Shown here piece after piece: positions 27,401-36,442 of a DNA stretch of 52,475 nucleotides; the first letter of the stretch is position 1, and every line of letters begins with the position of its first letter. The stretch is taken from IMG/VR virus record IMGVR_UViG_3300008266_000146, positions 1-52,475 of that record; one strand, 5' to 3'. The DNA comes from a virus. Its lineage: Duplodnaviria > Caudoviricetes. The position numbers were made by a program, and so were the translations under genes. The notes beneath the pieces were generated by a model. It saw nothing but the letters and a program-made list of their open reading frames with translations, made no database searches and had not been told where the DNA came from.

Positions 27401-28589
27401 CGTCGGTCGGGGCGGTCTCAACGGCCTTGGTGCGGCGGTTACTCCTGCGAGTAACAGGGGGAGTGACCACAGCATCGGCCGCTGTCGGTGCTGCCGGCTG
27501 GACATTGGGGGGCGCAGGCGCTGCCGCTGCGGACGCGGGGGTCTGCTCACCGGCCGGAGCTGCAAGGGCGGGCTCGGGAGCTGGGGCCTGACCGGCAATG
27601 GGGGCGTCCGGCTTCGGCTCGGGCTTCTCGGGCTGACGCGCAGCGAGAGCTGCCTGCTGGTCCGCCGGAACGTCGCGCTGGTTGTCGCCGGGGCGCTCGC
27701 GGGTCATGCGGTGCGCCGCGTAGTGCGCGCCGGAGCCGGCGAGGCCAAGCGCACCACCAAGGATACCACCCTTGATGAAGTCGTCCATGAAGCTGTCGAA
27801 CGAGAACGCCTCGCCTGTCTGGGCGCGCTGGTTGGCGATTTGAGCGGACGCGTTAGTGCTGCCACCCGATGCGGCACCGGCTGCGGCATTCACACCAGTG
27901 TCGATGGCCAGTGCGCGGGCGTTGCGGCCGACCGACTGGCTCGCACCGGGAATGAACCTCTGGGCCGCTGCGAACTGGGCACCGCCGATAGCTGCCGACG
28001 TGCCAAGCTGTCGACGGTCGTACAGCGCGTTGGTGAGGGAGATGCGGGCTTCCTGCTCGGACATACCGCGCGTCCGCATCTCACGGTATGCACCGGAGGT
28101 CTTCTGAAGCTCCGCATCGTCCATGCGGTTGAAGCGGTTGAGCGCCGCGTCGATGTCCTGACCGACCTGCACCGCAGCGCCGGCAGCAGCAACGCCGGCT
28201 GGGCCGCCGAGCGCGTGCGCACCGAGCAGCACCGCGCCTTGCGGGATGACGCCCATGAAGTTGAGGACGGCTGCGCCGGCAAGGTGATTGCGGCTGTTTT
28301 CCAGAGCGTCCTTGGCCCCCGGCGACATACTGTCGTCGACCTTGGACTTGAAGTAGTTGAACAGCCGGTTCATGCCACGCGCGAAGTCGTGCGCGTTCGG
28401 GGCACCGGGCCTACCGTCTTCAGTGTTCGGGACGTTGGCAGCGGCAGCCTGCGCACTGGCAGACGCTCCGGCACCTAGAGCGAGAGTGTCGGAGATAACC
28501 TTTTTGCCGAGATCGAGAAGGCCGGGGCTCTCGTTGGCACCTTCCGGCGCACCGCCGACGCCATATCCGGGGAAAGTTACTTCCGACAT
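21438..28589 (-). CDS. Very large internal virion/ejection protein (polyvalent type)
   Basis: 2383 aa; GHELGH...FNEFFAD zincin-like module; YLPLRRRGEF (PLxRFG-like) motif; last of three large genes after the tail genes. Confidence 0.75.
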   Translation of the reverse strand: MSEVTFPGYGVGGAPEGANESPGLLDLGKKVISDTLALGAGASASAQAAAANVPNTEDGRPGAPNAHDFARGMNRLFNYFKSKVDDSMSPGAKDALENSRNHLAGAAVLNFMGVIPQGAVLLGAHALGGPAGVAAAGAAVQVGQDIDAALNRFNRMDDAELQKTSGAYREMRTRGMSEQEARISLTNALYDRRQLGTSAAIGGAQFAAAQRFIPGASQSVGRNARALAIDTGVNAAAGAASGGSTNASAQIANQRAQTGEAFSFDSFMDDFIKGGILGGALGLAGSGAHYAAHRMTRERPGDNQRDVPADQQAALAARQPEKPEPKPDAPIAGQAPAPEPALAAPAGEQTPASAAAAPAPPNVQPAAPTAADAVVTPPVTRRSNRRTKAVETAPTDAVPADQQAALAARQPDKPAETPAAPEAAPADPTAVPPDVAEATDRTRRQAITLDNVRPEDIMEGPAVPDPVAEATRRVQEGWTDPQQPGRPEPTPDTATATVPDPVGDAVRRVQERWIEPEAAPATADPRPPTMETAPAATRPFDDTGRTAPEPAVMLGYQVQKVVDGDVAAALVPKNTPMPPELLARAKEQGLSLVPTKKGIYIIDPTRLKMKDVYAAIKEGRDGELLGLGPVNKQEVAARIADGETPVGVVERTPDGIEVKAAAGTDQTAGVQRAALEANKTPGNTVAVEPPAKVIEGRRVLVDAEQAKKEAAETARRDRQIAKSNEASDRSAQGVPEKAASIANPDARRKFYRDANKEIAKAEKEGRQPADWARLAKNIQEQQARTPGARLDKAAMALLQRAHENQVETAAAAKAQPNTEPKRDGGKVAVRAKKKAEQEAARAAESREAEIARLVAEQKADAKSKTVTGLGGNAMERSADQDAKTPGKGASEGEYDAGLPYHSRVDLDEALHVVDDRPARYADDGDTVLGDIDADRKAAEDRVAARRAEGPPPKVTPESNTAAPKVERLPSRKIGVKGQEAIARARELAAKRKFDAQLDVISAKDALAEARAARRARIAEKADDARRAETEARVKDEAARVIERARVEEARAAGRKAVEDALGQDPAFRAEMEAAKAAENAFNRTRSESVTVGKSMSDDLGGYARELKELVNFPGRVLVLHPEDLKGNNATKIAESLGLTPREYADVVVTARAAYPNLTSDVDALGGAIRSGSDVNVIVLKKGMSRAQSIETVGHELGHLVMHRVFNEMAAKDPALKTQIMDAYTRWLANATTKTAYGHIRSLRALKSAREAIKKNHGNEDLAAVDMSDRSYWFGFNEFFADSMARWAQTSEQPMTVMDRFFSRIAQAYRKIVSKLTGKEHLPEPELKAFFDRLVKDNPIKPEDITLPNVMSDGAEAMLSTVRRDMTMSAGDWRKTVGRSWRKFKDSVSTNMMLGERAIEAFKGSEAPRLVAEGIERLRVAADTHLNRDGGGNDVTRTLADLERKYVSDGQWAKAVDVAHDATVYNVNPFGDNTHLGKDKMAGWQSKSRLADIESRLAALPDDLQAGIRKAEAFFRSEQDAMALAQVENILRIAGIDEPGLAKRIHEDGLTPEEKAGTDPKIKNMALVTSLSNARELKKIDGWYLPLRRRGEFVVTGTRKITAPDGAMLVEDKSGRTAIRFAMGSDAKSRRAAEAYVSRPDADLHIDTKITWVDKADPKKVLDAEDPNAVPAYDVYVQTQHTEFHTSMGAAERAAAELAADGMEMQGIREHKDYEGGDRRLLSSEMATIVKSMEQRDRFRNMTQAQKNEVIQSLAQASLRLSGGRLASSRLPRRRVTGYSSDMVRNTAEFAVSSANFIAGQKHRPEIDANLAAMRKVIEDYKNAKDDGTALRRDEIYTTMEARANADTQIAPTAANTAIRRMLQLSHLDKLAGVSYHVINSAEPWTTSLPVIGGRHGAGATSKTLVGAYDLIGAKSGLMAGFKDTLSAYRNSSGFTDYVKTFSAEIARNTDAGEAGRLGTLLQHLHDRGLFERESGMEVAFQSRPDAWAPSRALDRADLMSRQVGAAVEAINRSVTAVAAYRLEFAKTKDHNASLKYATEVVHDTMGNYSSSNAAPIFQHPLGRVALQFKKFGQKTYYLLGKTMRKSLQGDREAMRQFAGLMMTHGMVAGALGLPLEPVKIALIAANALGATTFSYDDFENMIRRGAAGLLGTTGGELATRGLVRAIGVDVANRMSLSSLVTMGQPNSEKRRDIMAWLGETAMGAPVGTIIQQVEGVQALFRQDVVAAADKMIPLKAARDVQRSVFGAMGGKTDRMGRQIVEPYTPYQAAVRALGFAPAAEAERQEHRRAFSEANRSEQRVRSELTAAYIKATPGERMRIWGQVERYNRELPVGAQAARITRQQLDRAVMTRQRETRDETVVGGMRTNRRNQHIYDRNDVYNDQ

Positions 28590-28596
28590 AGTGCCC

Positions 28597-31500
28597 TCAT
28601 TCCACGCCGTTCGCGCGCCCCATCATAGCAGCTCTGTCGGCGTCGTCCAGCACACGACCGCGCCCTTCGCGACGCGTCCGTTCCCGCTCGCCTACACGCT
28701 GTACACGGTCAGCCTCGGCGCGGATCGCCTGACGGCGGTTCTGGCGCATCTCAGGCGACACAATCGGAACGTGGTCGTTCCGGGCTGCGTCGCGCATGGT
28801 CCCGTTAATGGCGAGACCCAGATCGCGCATGATGCTTCCGAACTCACCCTCACCCTTGGCTCGCCGCTCTTCGCGACGCGCAATAAGCGGCATGGCATCA
28901 CGGCGCGCGTTCTGGATTTGGCGCAGCGTGTTGGGGTCCATGGCGATGACACCGCCGAACTCCTGCGGCTCTCCGCCCGGCTGCTCGGGCCGGCGGACCA
29001 TGACAACCTGCAAGTTGCCGGCGGCGTCCTTGTCGGGCAGGACGCGGAACGGCGGCTGACCGGGCACGGGATCGGGAGCCGTGATCATGATGTGCGCAGC
29101 GTCCGCTGCCTGCTGCGGGGCGTGGCCCCAGATAGCGAAGCGAGCGGCGACGTCGATCATGTTGTTGTAGACGCCCGACGCGATTGACCGCGACCGCTGG
29201 TCGTGGCCATAGACACTCTGGAACGTCTCGTTGCCGTTGGCACCGCTGGCGCGCGGGTCCAAGCTCTTCGTCATGGTGGCGTCGATGTCCGGCAGGACCG
29301 ACCGGATGTTCTCGGCGGTGGGGCGGTGGAGGCGCGCGGCGTCAGCCCGCCTGCCATCTTCCGTACGGCGCGCGGTCAGGATGGTCTGCTGCTGCTGGTA
29401 GCGGTGCTTCGCCGCTTCCATGCGAGCGTCGCGCTCCTGCTGCTCGCGCCGGGCCAGAGCATCGCGCTCGGTCCGTCGTGCGTCTCGCGTGTCTGCTCGG
29501 TCTTCAATGTACGCCGCGCCACGCTGCTGCGCGTCCTGCGCACGGATCGCGGCAAGCTCTTCGTTGTGCACCTTCAGCTTGTCTTCATAGTCCTTGATCG
29601 CTGCCTGATTACGCTGGTTGACGGCGGCGCGCTGGGCAGCGTTCATCTCCTGCTTGATCTCGACTAGCGTCGGACGCACCGGGCGCGGCGTGACAGGCTC
29701 GCGGCTCGGGCGGGCTTCAGCCGCTTCGCGCCGGCGGGTCATCTCGGTCGGCAGGGCGCTGGACCGGGCGACAGCCGTCGGCGCACCGGGAGCCGGGGGC
29801 GCGGTCGGGGGAGCAGTCGGGGGCGGTGCCTCGGGCGCAGCGGGGGCTGGCGCAGCCGGAGCAGCCGGGGACGACGGGATCGGGGAGGCCGGAGCAGGCA
29901 CGGGGGGTGTGTCCGGGGCCGGAGCGGTGGACGCAGGCGGGCTACCGGCGGGCGGAGCCGCAGCCACGTTAGGACGAGCCGCCGGAGCGGGCTCAGCCTC
30001 GGCGGGAGCCGGAGCAGCCGGGGTCGTCGGAGCCGCAGCGGGAGCGTTACTCCCCGGAGTAACCGCCGGCTCGCCGCGCATGTGGCGCTCGAACGCGTCG
30101 GGGTCCATGCCGCCACTACCCTGCGCCGACTGGTGCTGGGCAGCGGCGCGCTGAAGGGTCTCCCAGTAGAGCGCACCGTTCTGAAGGCCAAGCGCCGTCT
30201 CCATCACCTGCCGGGGGGACAGCGTGATGTTGCGGGTGCGGCCATTCGGCTCGCGGATGGTCACCGGAATTTGACCGTCGCGGGTCGGCTGGCCGGGCGT
30301 GATCTGGGCACCGGCAGGGATCGCGTTGACCGCTGCGGCGGTCGCAGCCACCATACCACCAACGTTGCCATTCTGGCCTGCCACGATGCCGATGGAGGCG
30401 ATGCGGGCGGTCAGGCGCTGGCTGTACTGGATGATGCCGGCAGCGAAGCGGTTGGCTGCGTCGAGGTCGCCCTTCTGCAAGGCGAGGTCGTGGCGGGCCT
30501 GCATGACGCGGATCGCGCGCTGGCCGGCGGACAGCTCACCGCTCGGGTCGACCGCGTCACCGACCGTCTGGTACTGGGACGGCGTCGGGGTGTCGGCGTT
30601 GCGGCCAAGCGCATACGCAACCGCGCCAGCGGGCAAGCCACGGGGCGGGGGGAGGCGGCCGGCGATGTAACGCAGGGCTCCGTCGAGGATGCCAGCGATG
30701 CCCGTGTTCTGGGCAGGCTGGGCGGCGGGCTGCGCCGGGCGGCTGGCAGGCTGGTCAGCGGCAGCCGGGATCGCCTGCGCCCTCGGGGCTTCGGGGGTGG
30801 CAACGGGCTCCGGGGCCTTGTCGGCGGCGCGCTCGGGCCGCTGGCGCATGGCGTCGGCCACCTGTCGCTGCTCGATCTCCTGCTCGCTGGGACGGGCCAT
30901 CGGCACGGGGGCCTGCGCCATGGATGCGGCGGTGTCGCCGGGGCGGCCGTCAGGCATGGTGGCCGGGCTCAGGACCGGAGCAGGCGTCGTCGGCAGCGCG
31001 GCGGGGCGCTCTACCGGCTGGTTGCCGTCCGGGCTCTCCTGCACGAGGCCACCTTCGACGAACTGCTGCGGGGCAACGCCGGAACGCATGGCCTGCTCGC
31101 GCGCAGGGCCAGACAGCCCACCATGCTCGGGACGAAGCTGCCCCTGCTCATCATAGGGCGACGTGGCCGCCTGCGAGGGTGCTGCGACGGTCTGCGAACG
31201 CGTGGGAGCGGCGAGGGGCGCACGCTCGACGGCGACGCTTTGGGTCGGCGCGGCGGGCATGGTGTCGTCGCCAACCCTGATGTTGCGGAAGCGACTTGTC
31301 TGTAGATCGTAGACCTGTCGCGCCGTGCGCGGCGTACCGTCGCTGTTGAAGAACACACGCCGGTTGGCGCTCGCTGCGTCCGGGTCGACAAACTGGGTCG
31401 CCGGGGCGTCGGGGTTCTCCTGCATGCGGCGCAGGAAGGACGGCCCACCGCTCGATCCGAGAAAGTGGGTCATGTAGAGATTGCCGGGGGTGGCCGGCAG

Positions 31501-31998
31501 GTTCGCCCTCGCCAGAACTCCGGCGTTGTCGTAGGTAAACTGGCGGGCAGCACGCATCGCCTGCTGCGGGTCGGTGCGGCCGTCGGCCGTCAGCTGAAGC
31601 TGCGGGTGCCGCTCCATCATCTCGCGCCAAGTGCCATCAGTGAACTGCGCGAGGCCAGTGGCAGACGACGTCGACGCACGCGCGTTGGGGTTGCCGCTGC
31701 TCTCGTGCGCGACCATGTGGCCAAGGTACTGGTCGACCACACGCGCGTCGAGGTTGGGCGGCGGTCCGGCGGCGGCCGGCGCGGGCGTACCACCAACTGC
31801 CGCCGTCGGGTTCGTGGTGTTGCTGCGGCGCTCGGTTCGCGCGACCGCTGCGTCCACGGCATCCTGATCAGCCGTCAGCGCGCGGGTGCGCGCCTGTGTG
31901 AAGCCGGTCAGCGCGCGGGTGTACTCGCTGTCGTCGAGTGTCTTGGTGACCGTCTTGTAGGCCCCAAGGAAGTCGGACATCTCTTTGGCGAACGACAT
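28597..31998 (-). CDS. Internal virion protein with a lysozyme-like/lytic transglycosylase domain
   Basis: HESSGNPNA...SATGLAQFTDGTW...LYMTHFLG; probable start MSFAKEM at 31998 with GAGG RBS. Confidence 0.8.
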   Translation of the reverse strand: MSFAKEMSDFLGAYKTVTKTLDDSEYTRALTGFTQARTRALTADQDAVDAAVARTERRSNTTNPTAAVGGTPAPAAAGPPPNLDARVVDQYLGHMVAHESSGNPNARASTSSATGLAQFTDGTWREMMERHPQLQLTADGRTDPQQAMRAARQFTYDNAGVLARANLPATPGNLYMTHFLGSSGGPSFLRRMQENPDAPATQFVDPDAASANRRVFFNSDGTPRTARQVYDLQTSRFRNIRVGDDTMPAAPTQSVAVERAPLAAPTRSQTVAAPSQAATSPYDEQGQLRPEHGGLSGPAREQAMRSGVAPQQFVEGGLVQESPDGNQPVERPAALPTTPAPVLSPATMPDGRPGDTAASMAQAPVPMARPSEQEIEQRQVADAMRQRPERAADKAPEPVATPEAPRAQAIPAAADQPASRPAQPAAQPAQNTGIAGILDGALRYIAGRLPPPRGLPAGAVAYALGRNADTPTPSQYQTVGDAVDPSGELSAGQRAIRVMQARHDLALQKGDLDAANRFAAGIIQYSQRLTARIASIGIVAGQNGNVGGMVAATAAAVNAIPAGAQITPGQPTRDGQIPVTIREPNGRTRNITLSPRQVMETALGLQNGALYWETLQRAAAQHQSAQGSGGMDPDAFERHMRGEPAVTPGSNAPAAAPTTPAAPAPAEAEPAPAARPNVAAAPPAGSPPASTAPAPDTPPVPAPASPIPSSPAAPAAPAPAAPEAPPPTAPPTAPPAPGAPTAVARSSALPTEMTRRREAAEARPSREPVTPRPVRPTLVEIKQEMNAAQRAAVNQRNQAAIKDYEDKLKVHNEELAAIRAQDAQQRGAAYIEDRADTRDARRTERDALARREQQERDARMEAAKHRYQQQQTILTARRTEDGRRADAARLHRPTAENIRSVLPDIDATMTKSLDPRASGANGNETFQSVYGHDQRSRSIASGVYNNMIDVAARFAIWGHAPQQAADAAHIMITAPDPVPGQPPFRVLPDKDAAGNLQVVMVRRPEQPGGEPQEFGGVIAMDPNTLRQIQNARRDAMPLIARREERRAKGEGEFGSIMRDLGLAINGTMRDAARNDHVPIVSPEMRQNRRQAIRAEADRVQRVGERERTRREGRGRVLDDADRAAMMGRANGVE

Positions 31999-32000
31999 AG

Positions 32001-33080
32001 TTACCTCATCGGCAGGGCGGTAGCGCGCGTCTCGGGGGGCTTCTGGGCGGGAGCCTGCGTCGGGCCGGGACGCGGGCCGGGGTCGCCGTCGCGCTGCTTG
32101 CGCGCCTTGGCGATCATGTCCTCGATGGTCTTCTCGCCCATCCAGTTCACGACATCGCGCGGGATGACGTACTCGCCGGCATTGAGCTGCGCCGGCTGCC
32201 CGGTCTGGCCGATGACGGCCGGGACGTCGTCCACGGCAGCGCCGCCGGACGGCGACATCTCTTCGGGCACCGCGCCACCGCCCTCGAACAGGAGCGCCGC
32301 CGTCGCGCCGAACAGCGAGCCAAGGCCGGAGGACGACTGCTGGTTGGCGTTGTACTGCTGCATCTGGGAATTGTAGCCCGACGTCAACGCGTTGCCCCAG
32401 ACGCCAAGCGCGGCGTTGGACTGACCCATCCACGAGGCGGGGTTGCCCATGGTGCCAGAGCCGGACTGGGTGCCGGCAAGCTGCGCACCGGACGCGCCCG
32501 CGCCCGCCTGAAGCGTCTGCGCGGTCTGGGTGGCCACCTGCGCCGGGTAGCCGCGCCCGACATTGATGGCCTCGGAGCGCATCGCGCGCCCCTGAGCATC
32601 GACGGCGAGATCGGACTGGTTGCCAGCGGCAGCCTGCGCGGCGGCCTGCTGGGTGCGGCTGGCGAGGTCGAGGGCGGCGGTGCGGGTCGATGTCGGGTCG
32701 ACGCCATAGCTCTCAAGCTGCTGCTGGGCGGCGGCTCGGGCACCGTCGAACGCCTGCGCGACGCCGGCCATGGACCGGCCGCGCTCAAGCTCTTTCTTCT
32801 CGGGCGACGCATAGGTCTCGGCGTCACGGACAAGCTGCGTCTCAAGCGGCTGGAAGATGCCCTCGTAGCGGGCACGATCCTTGATGGCGTTATCCATGTT
32901 GATGCGCTGGGCATCCAGCGCCGTGTCCACCACCTGCTTGATGATGCCACGGTCATTGGCGTACTGCTCGCGCGCCCACGCCAACTGCTCTTTGGCGATG
33001 TCGTACGAAAGCCGAGCCTGTTCCTTGGATGCCTCGGCGATGGGAGTGTAGTCAGGGGGTGGAGGAGCCGAGCCGCCCAT
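32001..33080 (-). CDS. Putative DNA ejection/pilot protein
   Basis: Start MGGSAPPPPDY; Gln/Ala/Gly-rich; C-terminal DDVPA...LNAGEYVIP.DVV; position before the large internal proteins. Confidence 0.65.
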   Translation of the reverse strand: MGGSAPPPPDYTPIAEASKEQARLSYDIAKEQLAWAREQYANDRGIIKQVVDTALDAQRINMDNAIKDRARYEGIFQPLETQLVRDAETYASPEKKELERGRSMAGVAQAFDGARAAAQQQLESYGVDPTSTRTAALDLASRTQQAAAQAAAGNQSDLAVDAQGRAMRSEAINVGRGYPAQVATQTAQTLQAGAGASGAQLAGTQSGSGTMGNPASWMGQSNAALGVWGNALTSGYNSQMQQYNANQQSSSGLGSLFGATAALLFEGGGAVPEEMSPSGGAAVDDVPAVIGQTGQPAQLNAGEYVIPRDVVNWMGEKTIEDMIAKARKQRDGDPGPRPGPTQAPAQKPPETRATALPMR

Positions 33081-33540
33081 TAGGAACCTCGAAACGACGT
33101 GGGGTGATCCTGCTAAGACACCAACAGTTTTCACGGTGTAGCGTCATGAACACGCACGCTTCCGGGTACACGCCTGCGAGCCGCACTTCCTCGACAAACC
33201 CAAGACGCCGGGCCAAAGACAGTGAAGCCGCGTTTGTTTCCGAAATCGGGCCGATTATCTTTTTACACCCCCATCCGATAAATGGCAAGTAGAACGCGGC
33301 CCACCACATATCGCGCGGCACGAACTGTGCTTTTTGCGTGGCGACATGGACAAAGCAGGACGCGCCGGGGCGCACGCTTTCATAGAGCACGCCGGCAACC
33401 AGCTCGTTACTCACCGAGTAACACATGCTGGACGTCACGCCGGGGTAGTAGTTTGCGCCGCATATATGAGCGGTCTCGCGCGCCAGTCTGTCGTCGCCGC
33501 ATCGTATCTCGCCGCTGGTGCCTATGCGAGCCGCGATCAT
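33052..33540 (-). CDS. GNAT-fold acetyltransferase-like protein
   Basis: N.ASL.LARRLGF.EE motif; typical position before podoviral ejection genes. Confidence 0.7.
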   Translation of the reverse strand: MIAARIGTSGEIRCGDDRLARETAHICGANYYPGVTSSMCYSVSNELVAGVLYESVRPGASCFVHVATQKAQFVPRDMWWAAFYLPFIGWGCKKIIGPISETNAASLSLARRLGFVEEVRLAGVYPEACVFMTLHRENCWCLSRITPRRFEVPNGRLGSSTP

Positions 33541-33737
33541 GACGTCAGCAAGGCCGCCTGATCCACCGTGATGATGCCGGCATCGAGCAGCTTCTGCACG
33601 GACACCATGCGAGCGTTGGCCGGGCCTCTGTATCCCAGCTGCATCTCGACGGCTTCCTTCAGCGCCCGCAGGACTTCAAGGTCCGTCTGGGCGTTGCCAG
33701 TGGGCTCGGGGATCGAGGGATACCGGATCGCCATCAC
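33537..33737 (-). CDS. Small virion-associated hypothetical protein
   Basis: Overlaps both neighbouring genes (translational coupling); LRALKEAVE...G.RG. Confidence 0.6.
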   Translation of the reverse strand: MMAIRYPSIPEPTGNAQTDLEVLRALKEAVEMQLGYRGPANARMVSVQKLLDAGIITVDQAALLTS

Positions 33738-36001
33738 ACACCCTGAAGCTCGCGAACGGTGTTCGCAAATTCGTACTTGGTGATCTCAACGCGGCCCTCG
33801 ATCTCGAACTCCCACACCAGCCCCTTGAAGCCGGCCGGCAGGCGCATGATCTCGTTCGACGTCCGCAACTCACGGGTCCACACATGGCGGCCGTCACAGT
33901 AGGCGCGCACCAGCGCGTACTGGTCCGCCTGAAGCTGCTGGGAAAGCCCGACGACCGGCGTGGGGTTGAGGGTTGGCGTGTCCGAGTACGTGCGGAAATG
34001 CAGCCGCATCGCCCCCATGTTGGAGAGGTAGTTGAGCTGGAATTTCTTGGACCGCCACTTATACGTCCCATGTCCCTGCGTGCCGGAGATGTCCATCCAC
34101 TCGATCTGCTGCCCGGAGATCATCAGGACTTCGCCGGTCCAGATGTCGGACCACACATTGTCGATGGGCTGCGACGACACGAGGACGGTGTAGCCGAGGC
34201 GCTGGTCGTTCAAGTTGACCATCATGCCGAAGTATTGGCCGTCCGACCCGTCGAACGATGTCTGCTCGAACCCGGACGTCTCGAACGCCGTCGGCTCGAA
34301 CACGCCGTTGAGCGCCGAGCCCCACGCATAGTAGGCGTTGTTGAGCATCACGCCGCGCAGCGACGGGATGTAAGCAATGTCGAGCCAGTCGTCCTTGTTG
34401 AGCAGCTTCGTCGTTATGTTGGTCGCCGAGCCCGGCTGTACGTTCACGATGCCGTTCTGGGACGCGTAGAACACGCCGCTGGGGGACGACACGATGGAGC
34501 CACGGGACAGGCACGGCTCGATCTGCGGCAGCACGGACATGGCCATGGACGCGGGGGTTACACCCGTGATCGTGTAGGGCTTGCCGGTCGTGCACACGAC
34601 CAGCGTCTGGCCGACGACGCCGAGGCCGACGATGTTGGACGGCACGCCAAGCGCGTAGGCAGCCGGCCATGCGTGGTAACGGTACGGCTCGCAGAACCAG
34701 ACCTCATTGGTGCGGAACCCGGCGATGATGCCATTGGGCATCTCGATGATACCCTTCAGGTCCGGCGGCGGGGCCGACCAGTTGGTCGACGGTAGTTGCA
34801 CGGCGGTGGCTACGGAGGCATCAGTCAGGATGTCGTTGTACGACGCCGTGCCGATGGCGACCTGCGCGACAAAGAAGAACGTCGCCACGCCCGTCGAGGA
34901 CGTGATCGTCCGATAGATGTTGATGTGCGTGATGTTGCGCCCGGTCGATACAGCTCCGGGTATGGCCGGGATCGACACGCCCCATGTGACGTCGTTCGCG
35001 CCGGTCTCGATGTCGGCAGGGGACGGCGGTCCCTCTTCTCCGTACGCGGTCACCCACGTGTACACATAGGCGCGCGTGACGCCCGTGATCTGGGGTGAGA
35101 CAGAGTGCGTGCCGCCACCTACAAGCGTGTGCGTACCCGAGCCTGCTGACGACGTGGCGACCGCTGCGCCGCCGCGTGTGGCCGAGACAGTGAAGGTGTC
35201 ATTGTCGATGACCGTCTTGACGTAATACTGGGTGGTCACCGACAGGCCTGTCGGCAGCGCGCCCGTCGTCGCGAACTCGACGGTGTCGTCCGCCAGCAGG
35301 TTGTGTCCGGCTCGCGTGACGACACCGGGCGAAGCGTTGGAGATGGTCACCGTTGGCGCGGTCGTGATGATCGACGTGCCGCCTGCGGTCTCACTGATCT
35401 GGAACGTGTCGGTGGTCAGACCCGCCGCAGACACATAGTAGTCGCGGCCGGGCTGAAGGGGATACGGTAGCGCTCGCGTCGTCGTGAACCGGACGCGGCG
35501 ACCCGCGATGAGGCCATGGCCTGCTTTGGTGACGACGGCGGGCGACGCCGTGCTGATTGTCACCGTACCCGCGCTCTGCGCCGCAGCCGTCACTGTCGGT
35601 GCCGACGTGGGCGCTGATATGCCCAGCTTGAGCCACGGGTCGCCGTTCTGGATGCGCGCCTTGGTGTTGTAGGACGGCTCGACGGTCGGTGACGCTGCGT
35701 AGTAGCGCTCGTAGCTGTCGCCGGTCAACGCCGACTTGACGACGTCGGTGTCGATGTCCGCGAATTCCATCCAGATCGCGTCGTCGAGGTTGTCCTTGTT
35801 GAACGTCGCCAAGGGAATGCGGTACGCGCGCTTGGCCGCCGTGTTGGTCAGCGCGCGTAGCACCCGCCTGTTGTGCATCGGCTGCAACGTGCCGCTCAGG
35901 AGCCAAGTGTTCTCGGCTCGCGACGCGTTGTTGTCCGGCAGAAGCGTATCATCTACCGAAGGGATCATCCCACCGAATGCGGACGAGCGGAACGCCACCA
36001 T
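33734..36001 (-). CDS. Tail tube/nozzle (stabilisation) protein with two inserted beta-domain repeats
   Basis: F.GMIP N-terminus; YVYTWVT.YGEEGPPS; FCEPY..HAWP; duplicated TIS.ASP.VVT.AGH.L...YYV...F..S.T.GG modules. Confidence 0.7.
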   Translation of the reverse strand: MVAFRSSAFGGMIPSVDDTLLPDNNASRAENTWLLSGTLQPMHNRRVLRALTNTAAKRAYRIPLATFNKDNLDDAIWMEFADIDTDVVKSALTGDSYERYYAASPTVEPSYNTKARIQNGDPWLKLGISAPTSAPTVTAAAQSAGTVTISTASPAVVTKAGHGLIAGRRVRFTTTRALPYPLQPGRDYYVSAAGLTTDTFQISETAGGTSIITTAPTVTISNASPGVVTRAGHNLLADDTVEFATTGALPTGLSVTTQYYVKTVIDNDTFTVSATRGGAAVATSSAGSGTHTLVGGGTHSVSPQITGVTRAYVYTWVTAYGEEGPPSPADIETGANDVTWGVSIPAIPGAVSTGRNITHINIYRTITSSTGVATFFFVAQVAIGTASYNDILTDASVATAVQLPSTNWSAPPPDLKGIIEMPNGIIAGFRTNEVWFCEPYRYHAWPAAYALGVPSNIVGLGVVGQTLVVCTTGKPYTITGVTPASMAMSVLPQIEPCLSRGSIVSSPSGVFYASQNGIVNVQPGSATNITTKLLNKDDWLDIAYIPSLRGVMLNNAYYAWGSALNGVFEPTAFETSGFEQTSFDGSDGQYFGMMVNLNDQRLGYTVLVSSQPIDNVWSDIWTGEVLMISGQQIEWMDISGTQGHGTYKWRSKKFQLNYLSNMGAMRLHFRTYSDTPTLNPTPVVGLSQQLQADQYALVRAYCDGRHVWTRELRTSNEIMRLPAGFKGLVWEFEIEGRVEITKYEFANTVRELQGV

Positions 36002-36004
36002 GGC

Positions 36005-36412
36005 TTAGCCACCGCGCCGGATAAGCGCTGCGCGACCAGCCGCCATCTCGGCCAGCGTACGCTCGCTGAGCGGCGGGGTGTAGTCGGGCTCGGCGGCGAC
36101 AGTCACGACCACACTGGCCGGGACGTCTGCGGCGTTACTCTCGGGAGTAACCTTGACGATGTCCTTGGCGTCGAACACGCCGATCTCCGCCTCCATGGAC
36201 GGGGGGACCGGGTGCGTGGTCGGCTCCGGCAGGGGCAGAAGCTCAATCAGCTCGTCGTCTTGGCCAGCGCCGTCTTGGTCAGCGTCGTCGGTAGCTGCGG
36301 CCTCTGCTTCGGCGGCTGCGGCGTCCGCTTCGGCGGCGGCTGCGGCGGCGGCTGCCTCAAGTCGCCGGGCTTCGGCAAGGGCGGCGGCTGCGTTGGTGGA
36401 TCGTTTCGCCAT
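36005..36412 (-). CDS. Hypothetical acidic/Ala-rich protein
   Basis: AGGAG RBS; contains the box-encoded VTPESN. Confidence 0.6.
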   Translation of the reverse strand: MAKRSTNAAAALAEARRLEAAAAAAAAEADAAAAEAEAAATDDADQDGAGQDDELIELLPLPEPTTHPVPPSMEAEIGVFDAKDIVKVTPESNAADVPASVVVTVAAEPDYTPPLSERTLAEMAAGRAALIRRGG

Positions 36413-36442
36413 CAGTTCTCTCCTGTGATGCGTGGTGTGACA

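Noticed and set aside
31999-32433. N-terminal extension of ORF 28597..32433 (likewise the upstream parts of 47796..48575, 19712..20635, 7220..7900 and 6195..6671)
   Set aside because: These extensions overlap neighbouring real genes; downstream starts have an RBS or translational coupling.
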